From assembly GCA_041389725.1 (NCBI GenBank), contig JAWKRG010000003.1, positions 1,222,877 to 1,286,876 of the forward strand: a stretch of DNA of 64,000 nt, read 5' to 3'. The number at the start of each line of letters is the position of its first letter. The first letter of the stretch is position 1. Under the pieces are notes generated by a model. That model was not told the origin of the DNA. It saw only the letters and a program-made list of their open reading frames with translations, and ran no database searches. Of the stretch, positions 55,725 to 64,000 are shown in pieces. The translations under genes and the position numbers were made by a program. This DNA comes from Polyangiaceae bacterium (lineage in GTDB: Bacteria > Myxococcota_A > Polyangia > Polyangiales > Polyangiaceae).

Positions 55725-57806
55725 CTAGGGCACCTTCCCGCGGTTCGTTTCGTAGGTCCGCTCCCACATCCGCAAGAAGTCTTCTGCCGAGCGGCGCAAC
55801 GGCTTGGTGTCGACGCCCAGGGAATCCAGGTCGAACACCACGGACGAGAGCGTCCCGACGTCGACCATTCCGCGATCGACGTACACCTTCCAACTACTGG
55901 GCGCGTTCTTGGGGTTCGGCACAGCACCTTGATTCGCCGCGGGGTTGTCCTTGTTCCTCGCCGGACACGCATCCGCGCCCCAGCGTGGGCCAATCATCGG
56001 CACATAGCCGCCGAAGTCCGTGCCAAACCCAATCTTGTACCCGCGGTCGGCGTACCACTGATAGAACTGACTGAAAGACTTCACGGAGCCAGGGCAGTCG
56101 TTCTTGTGACGCGACTTCGAGTAGGTTCGCATGGCTTCGGGGCCAGTGCGCAGCCCCACCATGCCGCCAGTGTCACGCACGTAGCCGAGAATCTTGTCCG
56201 TAGCAACCAGCTCCATCGTCTGCTTCTGCGCATCGTCGCTCAGCAGCGTGTCGATGCGAGTGTGCCCGGCGAACAGTGGGTAGTACTTGTTCTGCTTCGC
56301 CGCGGCGAAGACGTCGTCGGTCGCGCGGTAGGACAAGTGGTCGATGTCCACCAGCATATTCAGGCGCATCATTTCGTTCAGCAACGTTCGGCCCGCGGGC
56401 TTGAGCCCCACGGGATTGCGTGCCGACGAGATCTTTCCCTCCACGAGCGCCGGGTTCAACCCGGCTTCGACGACTTTGTAGCGATCGCCTTTGAGGGCGT
56501 TCTTGATCTCCTTGAGTTGACTATTGGCCAGCAAGAACGGCCAGTGGTGAAAGGCCGCCCCGGCGAAATCCGTGTTGGACTCGTGCGCCAGGTACGTGAC
56601 ACGAACGCCCATTGCGTAGAGTTCGTGCAGCTGCTTCAGCGCGTTGCCATCCGATTGCGGAAAGATGTTGCTGGTCTCGACACCCAGCACGACCGCGAGC
56701 TGACCTCGAGCGATTGCGCGCCGTGCCTCCCACGGGTCGCGCACGATCGTGTACCAAGCATGCTTCTCGTCGAAGCGCTTGAGTCCCAGGATCTGTCGTT
56801 TGATCGCTTCCATGTCCGAGCAGTGGACACCGCGGTCCTTGATGTTGCCCGTGAGCACACAGACCGCCTGATTGCTGACAGCGTGCGTCACCAGGAGTCG
56901 TAGACCGTCCTTGTGAGCCTGCTCCAGGGAAGCCGCGTCCATCTTCTGATGCACCGTGTCAGACCAGCAGCGGGTAGTGCCGCCTTTGGCCACACTGCAA
57001 TGGTGCCCGTGACCAGTGTCGTAAGTGCCACTTGTTGGGGAGTTGTTGCCAACCGATGGATGTTGCTTGATCGCCAGTCCGGTGATGCCCTTCGGCTGTG
57101 CATGGCCCGCAGCGCACCTTGGGAAGCGCTCAGAGGACTGAAAGTCGCCCGCGATGAGTCCACCGCCGAACCCAAGCGGGGACGACTGGTGTGCATGCAA
57201 GTCTGCCCAGCCAACGACCGGCTTGCGCGCAGCTGCCGCCAGGGAGCGATTCGGACTCCACACATTGCCAGCGCCATCGCGAGCGAGTTCGATGGAGTAG
57301 CTCATCGTGTTCGTGCCTTTGGCGCTCACCAGACGCACCGAGAGGCGCTTGTCTTTGAGGCCGCTCAGACGAAACTGCCGTACCTGGCCCAGGTTGCCAG
57401 TGCCGTTCTCGAAGTCGAACTGCTGGAGCACCCGCTTCGTTCCGCTGCCGTCCGTGGAGCAGATCGTGACCTGGGTCTTGGCGCGACCGGCGGTCTTCTT
57501 CAGCGTCAGCGTCGCTCGGTCGTCGTCCATCGGCGTACCTTGGACGAACATCCGCTGGGTGCCGAACTTCACGGTGCCCACTTGGTCCACGACCAAGCGT
57601 CGTGGACCAATCTTGCCTGGCCCGTTGTCGTTGAGGGACTCGTAGAGGGCGTCCAAGCCGTTGATGTCGATCTTCGTGTCGCCGCAGTCCGCTGGGCTTG
57701 CCGCTCGTGCAGGCATAGCCAGGGCAGCCAGCGCCCCTGGAATGGTGACCAGCATGATCGGACGCAAGAACCCGACGTGCCCAATGCTTCGCCCTACGCG
57801 TTTCAT
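55725..57806 (-). CDS. secreted M19 family membrane dipeptidase-like protein with N-terminal extra domain
   Basis: Signal peptide; renal-dipeptidase-like motifs (WADLHAHQ, VDIDHLS, GFGTDFGG). Confidence 0.75.
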   Translation of the reverse strand: MKRVGRSIGHVGFLRPIMLVTIPGALAALAMPARAASPADCGDTKIDINGLDALYESLNDNGPGKIGPRRLVVDQVGTVKFGTQRMFVQGTPMDDDRATLTLKKTAGRAKTQVTICSTDGSGTKRVLQQFDFENGTGNLGQVRQFRLSGLKDKRLSVRLVSAKGTNTMSYSIELARDGAGNVWSPNRSLAAAARKPVVGWADLHAHQSSPLGFGGGLIAGDFQSSERFPRCAAGHAQPKGITGLAIKQHPSVGNNSPTSGTYDTGHGHHCSVAKGGTTRCWSDTVHQKMDAASLEQAHKDGLRLLVTHAVSNQAVCVLTGNIKDRGVHCSDMEAIKRQILGLKRFDEKHAWYTIVRDPWEARRAIARGQLAVVLGVETSNIFPQSDGNALKQLHELYAMGVRVTYLAHESNTDFAGAAFHHWPFLLANSQLKEIKNALKGDRYKVVEAGLNPALVEGKISSARNPVGLKPAGRTLLNEMMRLNMLVDIDHLSYRATDDVFAAAKQNKYYPLFAGHTRIDTLLSDDAQKQTMELVATDKILGYVRDTGGMVGLRTGPEAMRTYSKSRHKNDCPGSVKSFSQFYQWYADRGYKIGFGTDFGGYVPMIGPRWGADACPARNKDNPAANQGAVPNPKNAPSSWKVYVDRGMVDVGTLSSVVFDLDSLGVDTKPLRRSAEDFLRMWERTYETNRGKVP

Positions 57807-57970
57807 GACCCACGTGTTAGCGAGCATGCCGAGGTTCAGCCTCTTATTAATGCCGCAGACATCGCGACACGGCGGCGCACCGCGGTTGCTTCGATCTTAT
57901 TTCGCGGCGAGCTCCCGCCCACACTGCGGCCCGATCCCCGTGGTGATACCCTCTCCGTGAGGATGCGCAG

Positions 57971-59470
57971 ATGAGACTCCTTCTGATCGCAGTGGCTTGG
58001 TTCGTACTGGCTTGCGGAACCGAGGACGACTCGTCCTCAGGCGGAGGCGCAGGAACCGCAAGTGGTGGAACTGCGGGTAGCGCCGGGGTGAGCGGAAGCG
58101 GCGGCACGGCCGGAAGCGGCGCAGCGGCAGGCGCGGCGGGCACTGGAGGCAGTGGAGCTTCCGGCCCCGTCGACCCTCCGGTGGTCTGCACGGACCAGTG
58201 TCTATACGTGCGGCCCGGCGCCACTGGCAGCGGGAGCGGGAGCGATTGGGACGACGCTTTCCCGACCCTCCCCGACTCGTTGGTGCGGGGCAAGGTGTAT
58301 CTGTTGGCGGACGGCGACTACGGAAGCGCCTCCTTCGACGATGCTACCAGCGGCAGTCAGACCATCGCGCTGCGCAAAGCCACCGCCGCGAGCCACGGCA
58401 CGAACACAGGGTGGGATCCGAACTACGGGGACGGTGTCGCGCTGTTTTCGAGCGTCACCTTCAGCGAGTCCGGGTACGAGCTGAACGGCTCAGAAGGTGG
58501 CGGTTTTGGAGCGTGGACGTCGGGCCATGGCATCGAAATCACGCGCACGGGAACCCAATGCGGAGACAACGGCGCGCTGATTGGCCTCGGCGCTGGCGTC
58601 TCGGACATCATCGTGAAACACGTCCACGCTCACGCCGGCAACAACGACTACCCGATGAACGGAGTGAAGGGCACTGCGGGCGCAAGCAAGCTCACCTTCG
58701 CCTACAACTCGATCCACACCATTTTCGGGCCAACCTTTCACATCGGTGACTGGCAGGACGTGGTGATCGAGCACAACCACTTGGCTGACGTGCGCAGCAC
58801 CGGAGGCGGAGATCCGTTTTGTCCCGACTGGCACGCCGAGGGCATCTCTTCGATCGGCGCCAACCAGAACCTCACGATTCGCTACAACCTTTGGGACCAG
58901 ATCCAAGGGACCGCCGTGTTCGCCGGCGTGAACTCGGGCTCGTCCAAGGCTTGGAAGATCTACGGCAACGTGTTCTCCCGCAGCACGACCACGCTCTACT
59001 ACTACAACGATCCGGGTACCAGCAATCTGCAGTCGATGGATGACTTGGAGTTCCACAACAACGTCATCACGCAGATGCCTGGGTCATCGGTCGGCGTACT
59101 CAGCATCGCCAAGGGCACCAACAACGTGGCCTACGACAACATCTGGTTCGACAATGTGGCCAACACTTTCAGCTTTTCGTCGAACATCACTCACGACTTC
59201 AACTACTTCGCCGACAACCGCCGCGTCGAGGGCTGCTCTCCGGTTTGCGACAAGAACGACGAAGCAGCTGCGGGAGAGGGCAACGCTCAGATCGGAAGCG
59301 GCAGCCCCTTCGTCAACGCTGGCGCGGCTCCCGAAGATGCGAATTTCCACCTTCAAGCCGGGACGAATCCGGGCAAATCCCTGCCGGCCCCCTTCGATCT
59401 GGATCCGAGCGGCGCGAAGCGCGGAGCGGATGGGTCCTGGGACCGGGGCGTGTTCGAATGGACGCCGTGA
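57971..59470 (+). CDS. lipoprotein with Gly/Ser linker and right-handed parallel beta-helix (pectate-lyase-like) domain
   Basis: MRLLLIAVAWFVLACGTED lipobox; repeated beta-helix rungs (NSIHTIFG, HNHLADV, HNNVITQ, YDNIWFDN). Confidence 0.65.
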   Translation: MRLLLIAVAWFVLACGTEDDSSSGGGAGTASGGTAGSAGVSGSGGTAGSGAAAGAAGTGGSGASGPVDPPVVCTDQCLYVRPGATGSGSGSDWDDAFPTLPDSLVRGKVYLLADGDYGSASFDDATSGSQTIALRKATAASHGTNTGWDPNYGDGVALFSSVTFSESGYELNGSEGGGFGAWTSGHGIEITRTGTQCGDNGALIGLGAGVSDIIVKHVHAHAGNNDYPMNGVKGTAGASKLTFAYNSIHTIFGPTFHIGDWQDVVIEHNHLADVRSTGGGDPFCPDWHAEGISSIGANQNLTIRYNLWDQIQGTAVFAGVNSGSSKAWKIYGNVFSRSTTTLYYYNDPGTSNLQSMDDLEFHNNVITQMPGSSVGVLSIAKGTNNVAYDNIWFDNVANTFSFSSNITHDFNYFADNRRVEGCSPVCDKNDEAAAGEGNAQIGSGSPFVNAGAAPEDANFHLQAGTNPGKSLPAPFDLDPSGAKRGADGSWDRGVFEWTP

Positions 59471-59487
59471 GCCCGGATCGATCTGAT

Positions 59488-59663
59488 CCGTTTCGGTTTC
59501 CGCCGGGCTCTCGCCAACCGGAGGCGATCAAGTTGATCCACGCCGGTGGGATCAGGTTGATCCGCTCGGGGCAATTCTTCGCGTATTCTGGCGAGGCATG
59601 CCCATTGCACCTGCGGGTACTCTACGGAGGACAGCGTGAGGACAGCCTTGATTCTGGTTGCGT
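59488..59663. repeat. 176-bp direct repeat, copy 1 (upstream region plus the first codons of a lipoprotein gene)
   Basis: About 96% identical to 60719-60892; begins ccgtttcggtttccgccgggctctcgccaaccggaggcgatcaagttgatccacgccggtgggatcaggttgatcc. Confidence 0.85.
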
Positions 59664-59752
59664 CCGCGCAGCCAGCAGCGCAGCGGAACGACGCTTCACA
59701 TCTACACGCGCCGCTGCGAGAGCGCCGCGGAGTGCACCCGCTCAGCGCTTGA
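59636..59752 (+). pseudogene. truncated remnant of a lipoprotein gene 5' end (degenerate copy of the 60865 gene start)
   Basis: GTG...VRTALILVAS aligns to MKRALVLVAC of the intact gene at 60865, but the lipobox Cys is lost and the frame stops after 38 codons; embedded in the 176-bp direct repeat. Confidence 0.4.
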
Positions 59753-60380
59753 CGTACCGCTTGCCGTCGAACTCGAAGCGCTCGAGATGGCCCTGGAGCG
59801 GGTAGCTCAACGCGATCAGATCGCGTCGCCCGTGGTGGGTCGTGGTCTGGACGTCGATTCGATATCCGGGAATCGCGCCCAGAAAGAGCTCGCAATTCGG
59901 CTTCTGCTCGAACATCAGCCACTCCCAGTAGTCCACGGTCGTGTAGAGCACGACGCGGTCGGGCTTGCCGTCGGTGTTGAGATCCCGCGGACCGTGAAAC
60001 CCGAATCCGTCGGTTTCGGCTTCCGGTGGACCCGCGTCCGGCAGGTCGGAGAGCTTGGGGGTCCTCGGATTCAATTCGAGATCGATCTCGTAGGTAGACA
60101 GCACCGCATTCAGCTCGTTGGGGTTGCAGACGCGTCGCCGAGGCCGGGTCTCGGCATTCGGCTCAGCCGCAGCAGGTGGACGCACGGGATTCGATACCGG
60201 CTCGGGCTCGGGATTCGCTTCGGGTTCGAGCTCCGGGGCAGGCGTGGGAGCGGGGACGGACGCCGGTGCTGGTGTCGGTTGGATCGGCGGTGCGGTCGGG
60301 TCGGCCGGCTGCGACCGGCCGGCCGCGGGATACTGCGCTGCGCAGGCGGAGAGCAGCGGTGCGAGCACGACCCAGCGCAT
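59742..60380 (-). CDS. lipoprotein with Pro-rich linker, unknown function
   Basis: MRWVVLAPLLSACAAQ lipobox; PTAPPIQPTPAPASVPAPTPAPELEPE linker; globular C-terminal domain. Confidence 0.5.
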   Translation of the reverse strand: MRWVVLAPLLSACAAQYPAAGRSQPADPTAPPIQPTPAPASVPAPTPAPELEPEANPEPEPVSNPVRPPAAAEPNAETRPRRRVCNPNELNAVLSTYEIDLELNPRTPKLSDLPDAGPPEAETDGFGFHGPRDLNTDGKPDRVVLYTTVDYWEWLMFEQKPNCELFLGAIPGYRIDVQTTTHHGRRDLIALSYPLQGHLERFEFDGKRYVKR

Positions 60381-60506
60381 GCGGATGGAACGACTGGACC
60401 GCGATCTGCCTTCCCACTTCCCCTCGTTTCGTGCCGTCCGCCGCCTTCCCTGCAGGACCCCGCCGAGGGGGGCCGCCGGAGCAACGGACTGAGCGACGCC
60501 GTCGTA

Positions 60507-60718
60507 TTTCGGGCCCACCTTTCACATCGGTGACTGGCACGAAGCGGTGTTCTCCCGCAGCACGACCACGCCCTACTACTACGATCCGGGTACCAGCAAT
60601 CTGCAATCGATGGATGACTTGGAGTTCCACAACAACGTCATCACGCAGATGCCTGGGTCATCGGTCGGCGTACTCAGCATCGCCAAGGGCACCAATAACG
60701 TGGCCTACGACAACATCC
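60507..60718 (+). pseudogene. internally deleted fragment of a beta-helix lipoprotein gene (paralogous copy of the 57971-59470 3' region)
   Basis: 60507-60540 matches 58731-58765 and 60541-60718 matches 58965-59149 at about 95% nucleotide identity; no start codon and no intact frame. Confidence 0.55.
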
Positions 60719-60892
60719 GTTTCGGTTTCCGCCGGGCTCTCGCCAACCGGAGGCGATCAAGTTGATCCACGCCGGTGGGATCAGGTTGATCCGCTCGGGG
60801 CAATTCTTCGCGTATTCTGGCGAGGCATGCCCATTGCACCTGCGGGTACTCTACGGAGGACAGCGTGAAGAGAGCCTTGGTTCTGGTTGCGT
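60719..60892. repeat. 176-bp direct repeat, copy 2 (functional upstream region of the 60865 lipoprotein gene)
   Basis: Same sequence as copy 1; here it is followed by an intact lipoprotein ORF. Confidence 0.85.
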
Positions 60893-62061
60893 GCATTTCG
60901 ATTGTGGGCTGCGGCAGCGGCGACGACTCACCGAGTTCGAGTACGGGCGGCGGAGCCGGTAGCAGCGGCGCGTCGAGCGGAGGAAGCTCCAGTGGTGGCG
61001 CGTCGAGCGGAGGAAGCTCCAGTGGTGGCGCGTCGACGGGTGGAACAGCTGGCGGCGCGGGCTCCAGTGGGAGCGGCGGCAGTGCTGGCTCTGGCGGGTC
61101 CAGCGGTGCCTCCAGCGGCGGCACGTCAAGTGGCGGCACGTCGAGTGGCGGAACATCCAGTGGCGGCGCGTCGAGCGGCGGATCCTCCAGTGGCGGCAGC
61201 TCCAGCGGCGGATCCTCCAGCGGCGGATCCTCCAGTGGTGGATCCTCGGGCGGCAACCTGAACCCCGACAACGTGACACCGGCAACGAACGTGATGGTCA
61301 CTCGGGACTACGAAACGCAGAACGCTTCTGAAGTGTTGAGCGACCCGAACATCGCTACAGGGCAGTGGAGCAACTCCTCGGGCTACGGCAGCGGCGGTTG
61401 GCTCTTCCACCCAGCTCCGATCGCGGGCACCGCTGAGAACGAGGACAGCGCGGGCTGGCTGATGCCCTGGGGAGCGCCGACGTTCCCAGTGGACGGGTAC
61501 CATCTCGTCACCGTCAGCTTCATGCTGAAGATCTCCGCCGCGCTCTTGAACGAAATCAATATCGGCGGCCCCTTCTGGGCGCATGTCAACAAGGCGTTCG
61601 ACTTCAAGTACTGGGATGCCGCGGGCACGGGCGAAGGCGGGCGCAACGGCATCCATTTCGGCGAGTCGCCGCCCCGCTTTTGGTTCTCGAGTGGAGGTGG
61701 AGGTCAGTTTCAGGCGATTGGCCCCGACTGGCGCACTCTGGCGGACCAATGGGTGTGGGTTTGCTTCGTGGTCGACATGCGCGCGGCCCAAGCCTCGCAG
61801 CGCACGCTGGCCGCCTACTACAAGACCACCGGCGGAAACGTGCAACTCATGGGCAAGGTCGCAGAGAACAATCCAACGCTGGCCCTCCAGGCCTACGCGG
61901 GACGCGGCTTCCTGGGCTTCTTTTCACCGCTGTTCGGCTACTGGGACGACATGCACGGAGGCAGCACGCTCTCTGGCAATCTGTCCGCGATGACGATTCA
62001 GCTCGACCGAGTGCGCATCGCGAACGGGTGGCCAACCGGAGCGAACGGACCGCCCAACTGA
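60865..62061 (+). CDS. lipoprotein with long Ser/Gly-rich linker and C-terminal beta-rich domain
   Basis: GTG 60865; MKRALVLVACISIVGCGSGDD lipobox; about 110 aa of SSGG repeats. Confidence 0.65.
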   Translation: MKRALVLVACISIVGCGSGDDSPSSSTGGGAGSSGASSGGSSSGGASSGGSSSGGASTGGTAGGAGSSGSGGSAGSGGSSGASSGGTSSGGTSSGGTSSGGASSGGSSSGGSSSGGSSSGGSSSGGSSGGNLNPDNVTPATNVMVTRDYETQNASEVLSDPNIATGQWSNSSGYGSGGWLFHPAPIAGTAENEDSAGWLMPWGAPTFPVDGYHLVTVSFMLKISAALLNEINIGGPFWAHVNKAFDFKYWDAAGTGEGGRNGIHFGESPPRFWFSSGGGGQFQAIGPDWRTLADQWVWVCFVVDMRAAQASQRTLAAYYKTTGGNVQLMGKVAENNPTLALQAYAGRGFLGFFSPLFGYWDDMHGGSTLSGNLSAMTIQLDRVRIANGWPTGANGPPN

Positions 62062-62086
62062 TTCCCGGCATCACCTCGGGGCGAAG

Positions 62087-63754
62087 TCACCACTTGGGAA
62101 CGCTCACGTCCGACGCTGATGCTCGTGGCGGCGGAGTCGCCGGCGCAGGGCGCGGCGCCGGGGCGGACGACGGTGCGGCGCGCGGCGCTGGAACGGGTGC
62201 ACGAGCGGGACGAGGCGCCGCGCGCGCTTCAGCATTCGGAGGCACCGCCGAACCGACGGTCGACTCGGTCTTCGAGTTGGGTTCCCTCACCGGCCGCAGC
62301 GCAAGATCGAGGGTTTGGTTTTCGTCGACGGCAACTTCTCTGGCCACGGGTTCGTAGCCCTCGAGTGACACCTCCACCGTCACGCGTCCTCCCTTGGACA
62401 CGGGTACCGAGTTCGGCGTGCGGCCTCGGTTCTCGCCGTTCACCGTCACGCTGGCCCCAGCCGGCGTCGAAACGATTCGCAGCATCGCCTCGGCCGCGGC
62501 CGGCGGCGGTGTCTCGCTAGCGGGCGCGCTCGTGGCAGTAGCGCTCTCGGCCCCTCGATCCGCGCGCGCTGCGACGAACAAGCCACCACCTGCTGCCACC
62601 GCTACGGCCAACGCCACCCACCCCCAGCGCCCCTGTTTGCGCGGCACAGCGCTGTGCCCCGAAAGCGGAACGACGCGAACGGTGCTCGCCAGGTCCGTGA
62701 CTGCGGGCACGTCGACCGCCTCGTCGACCTCTGCGGGGGGCAGGCGCTCCGACTCCCCGCCCCCTCCGATCTTGCGCAGCATCTCGCGCTTGTCCGTCAC
62801 ACGCTCCGAGAACTCTCGCGACATCAAGTTCCCCAGCTCCGCGCGCGGATCCCGCGAGTCGTCGATCTCTCGAATGGCAGCGAGCAGATCTTGCCGCATT
62901 TCAGCGGCGGTCTGATAGCGATCTTCGGGACGTCGGGCCAGTGCTCGTAGCACGATGGGCTCGAGCGCCGCCGGATAACCCTGCATCACACGCGACGGGA
63001 ACGTGACCGGCTCTTGGCAAATCGCCTGGAAGGTCAAGAGCTCGTTGTCACGCTTGAACAGCCTGCGACCCGTCGTCAGCTCGTAGAGCACCGTGCCTAG
63101 CGAGAAGATGTCCGAGCGCCGATCGATCGGCTCACTCTGGCACTGTTCCGGTGACATGTACTGGAACTTGCCCTTGATTTGCCCCGTCGCTGTCTTCGTG
63201 CTGCGATCCGTCGCTTTTGCGATCCCAAAGTCCAACAGCTTGGCGCTGCCAGAATAGGTCACGAACAGGTTCTGTGGCGATACGTCGCGGTGAACCAGTT
63301 GCAGGGGCTTGCCGGCGTCATCCCTGAGTTCGTGTGCAGCCTGGAGACCCGCACAAGCCTCCGCGACGATGTGGGCGCCGAGCCATGGCTCCAAGGCTTC
63401 GCCGCGAGAGGCCAAGCGCCGAATCAAGCCACCAGCGCTTTCCCCTTCGAGATACTCCATCACCAGGAACAGCTCGTTGCCCTCGCTCCCCAGCTCGTGG
63501 ACTTGCACGACGTTCTCGTGGTTGATGCGAGCCACTAGCCGCGCTTCGTCCAAGAACATCTCGCGAAACTCTTCGAGGCGCGCCAAGTGCGGCAAGATCC
63601 GCTTGATCACGACAGGACGCTGAAATCCACTCGGCCCGCGGATGCGCGCGAGCAGGATCTCCGCCATGCCGCCAGTGGCGAGCAGCCCAACCACCTCGTA
63701 GCGCCCCAATTGGGCGGGCACCCCCGAAATGGCGTTGCTCTCCACTGCCCTCAA
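62087..63754 (-). CDS. Hanks-type serine/threonine protein kinase with C-terminal TM and PEGA domain
   Basis: Kinase motifs (VVIKRIL, HRDVSPQNLF, DFGIAKA, SPEQ); TM helix (WGWVALAVAVAAGGGLFVAA); PEGA-like segment (VSTPAGASVTVNGENRGRTPN...VEVSLEGYEP); Pro/Ala-rich tail. Confidence 0.85.
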   Translation of the reverse strand: MRAVESNAISGVPAQLGRYEVVGLLATGGMAEILLARIRGPSGFQRPVVIKRILPHLARLEEFREMFLDEARLVARINHENVVQVHELGSEGNELFLVMEYLEGESAGGLIRRLASRGEALEPWLGAHIVAEACAGLQAAHELRDDAGKPLQLVHRDVSPQNLFVTYSGSAKLLDFGIAKATDRSTKTATGQIKGKFQYMSPEQCQSEPIDRRSDIFSLGTVLYELTTGRRLFKRDNELLTFQAICQEPVTFPSRVMQGYPAALEPIVLRALARRPEDRYQTAAEMRQDLLAAIREIDDSRDPRAELGNLMSREFSERVTDKREMLRKIGGGGESERLPPAEVDEAVDVPAVTDLASTVRVVPLSGHSAVPRKQGRWGWVALAVAVAAGGGLFVAARADRGAESATATSAPASETPPPAAAEAMLRIVSTPAGASVTVNGENRGRTPNSVPVSKGGRVTVEVSLEGYEPVAREVAVDENQTLDLALRPVREPNSKTESTVGSAVPPNAEARAAPRPARAPVPAPRAAPSSAPAPRPAPATPPPRASASDVSVPKW

Positions 63755-63835
63755 AACCTAGCGGAAGGCAGATCCCCGGACAAGCGAGCGGGGGGTTCCG
63801 CGGTTACCAGGCATCAGCTAGCTTGGAGGGCTGAA

Positions 63836-64000
63836 ATGGGCGCCCAGCTCAGTCGACGGTGGCGCAGCGTGCTCGCGGTCCTGGCGCTGGCCATGCTGGG
63901 CGCTCCCCGCGTCACCTATGCGCAAGACTCGGAACGATTCGGCGAACTCGTTTCGGAAGCGACTCGCGCCTTTGGCGACGGCGACTTCGAGCGCGCCGAA
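63836..64000 (+). CDS. N-terminal fragment of a secreted protein (continues beyond the window)
   Basis: ATG 63836; signal peptide MGAQLSRRWRSVLAVLALAMLGAPRVTYAQD; the frame stays open to the window end. Confidence 0.4.
   Translation, partial: MGAQLSRRWRSVLAVLALAMLGAPRVTYAQDSERFGELVSEATRAFGDGDFERAE

Noticed and set aside
55929-57974. Plus-strand ORFs 55929-56903 and 56913-57974
   Set aside because: Antisense to the M19 dipeptidase-like gene.

Overview
This is a 64 kb, high-GC (about 68-70%) bacterial chromosomal segment. Its gene content points to a myxobacterium (Myxococcota, Polyangia-like). There are many lipoproteins with Gly/Ser/Ala-rich linkers, two Hanks-type Ser/Thr kinases (one with a PEGA domain), a sigma-54 enhancer-binding protein, HEAT-repeat and MopE-motif proteins, and an ECF sigma factor. 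I call about 50 protein-coding genes, and found no rRNA, tRNA, CRISPR array or obvious mobile element. Housekeeping islands are rpmE-DUF1385-prfA, psd, nadC-birA, pdxJ-acpS-nnr, recJ and a C-terminal processing protease with mlaF-mlaD. Between them lie accessory, secreted-protein-rich clusters. The observations most worth a second look are: (1) a tightly coupled four-gene operon at 49557-55594 encoding three lipoproteins (two tandem paralogs, predicted beta-propellers) and a beta-barrel-like protein, preceded by a noncoding array of 45-bp tandem repeats that carry a covarying hairpin; (2) a sigma-54 -24/-12 element with an upstream AT-rich palindrome, placed between a receiver-less bEBP and a YqiJ/NfeD-flotillin operon; (3) a segmental duplication footprint with pseudogene fragments around 59.5-60.9 kb; (4) psd translationally coupled to a methyltransferase that carries a ~500-aa disordered N-terminus with ~16 tandem SEPPR[PA]V heptads; (5) a fused HdrD/HdrE-like membrane oxidoreductase locus. 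Many long ORFs in the supplied six-frame track are antisense or alternate-frame artefacts typical of high-GC DNA and were rejected.
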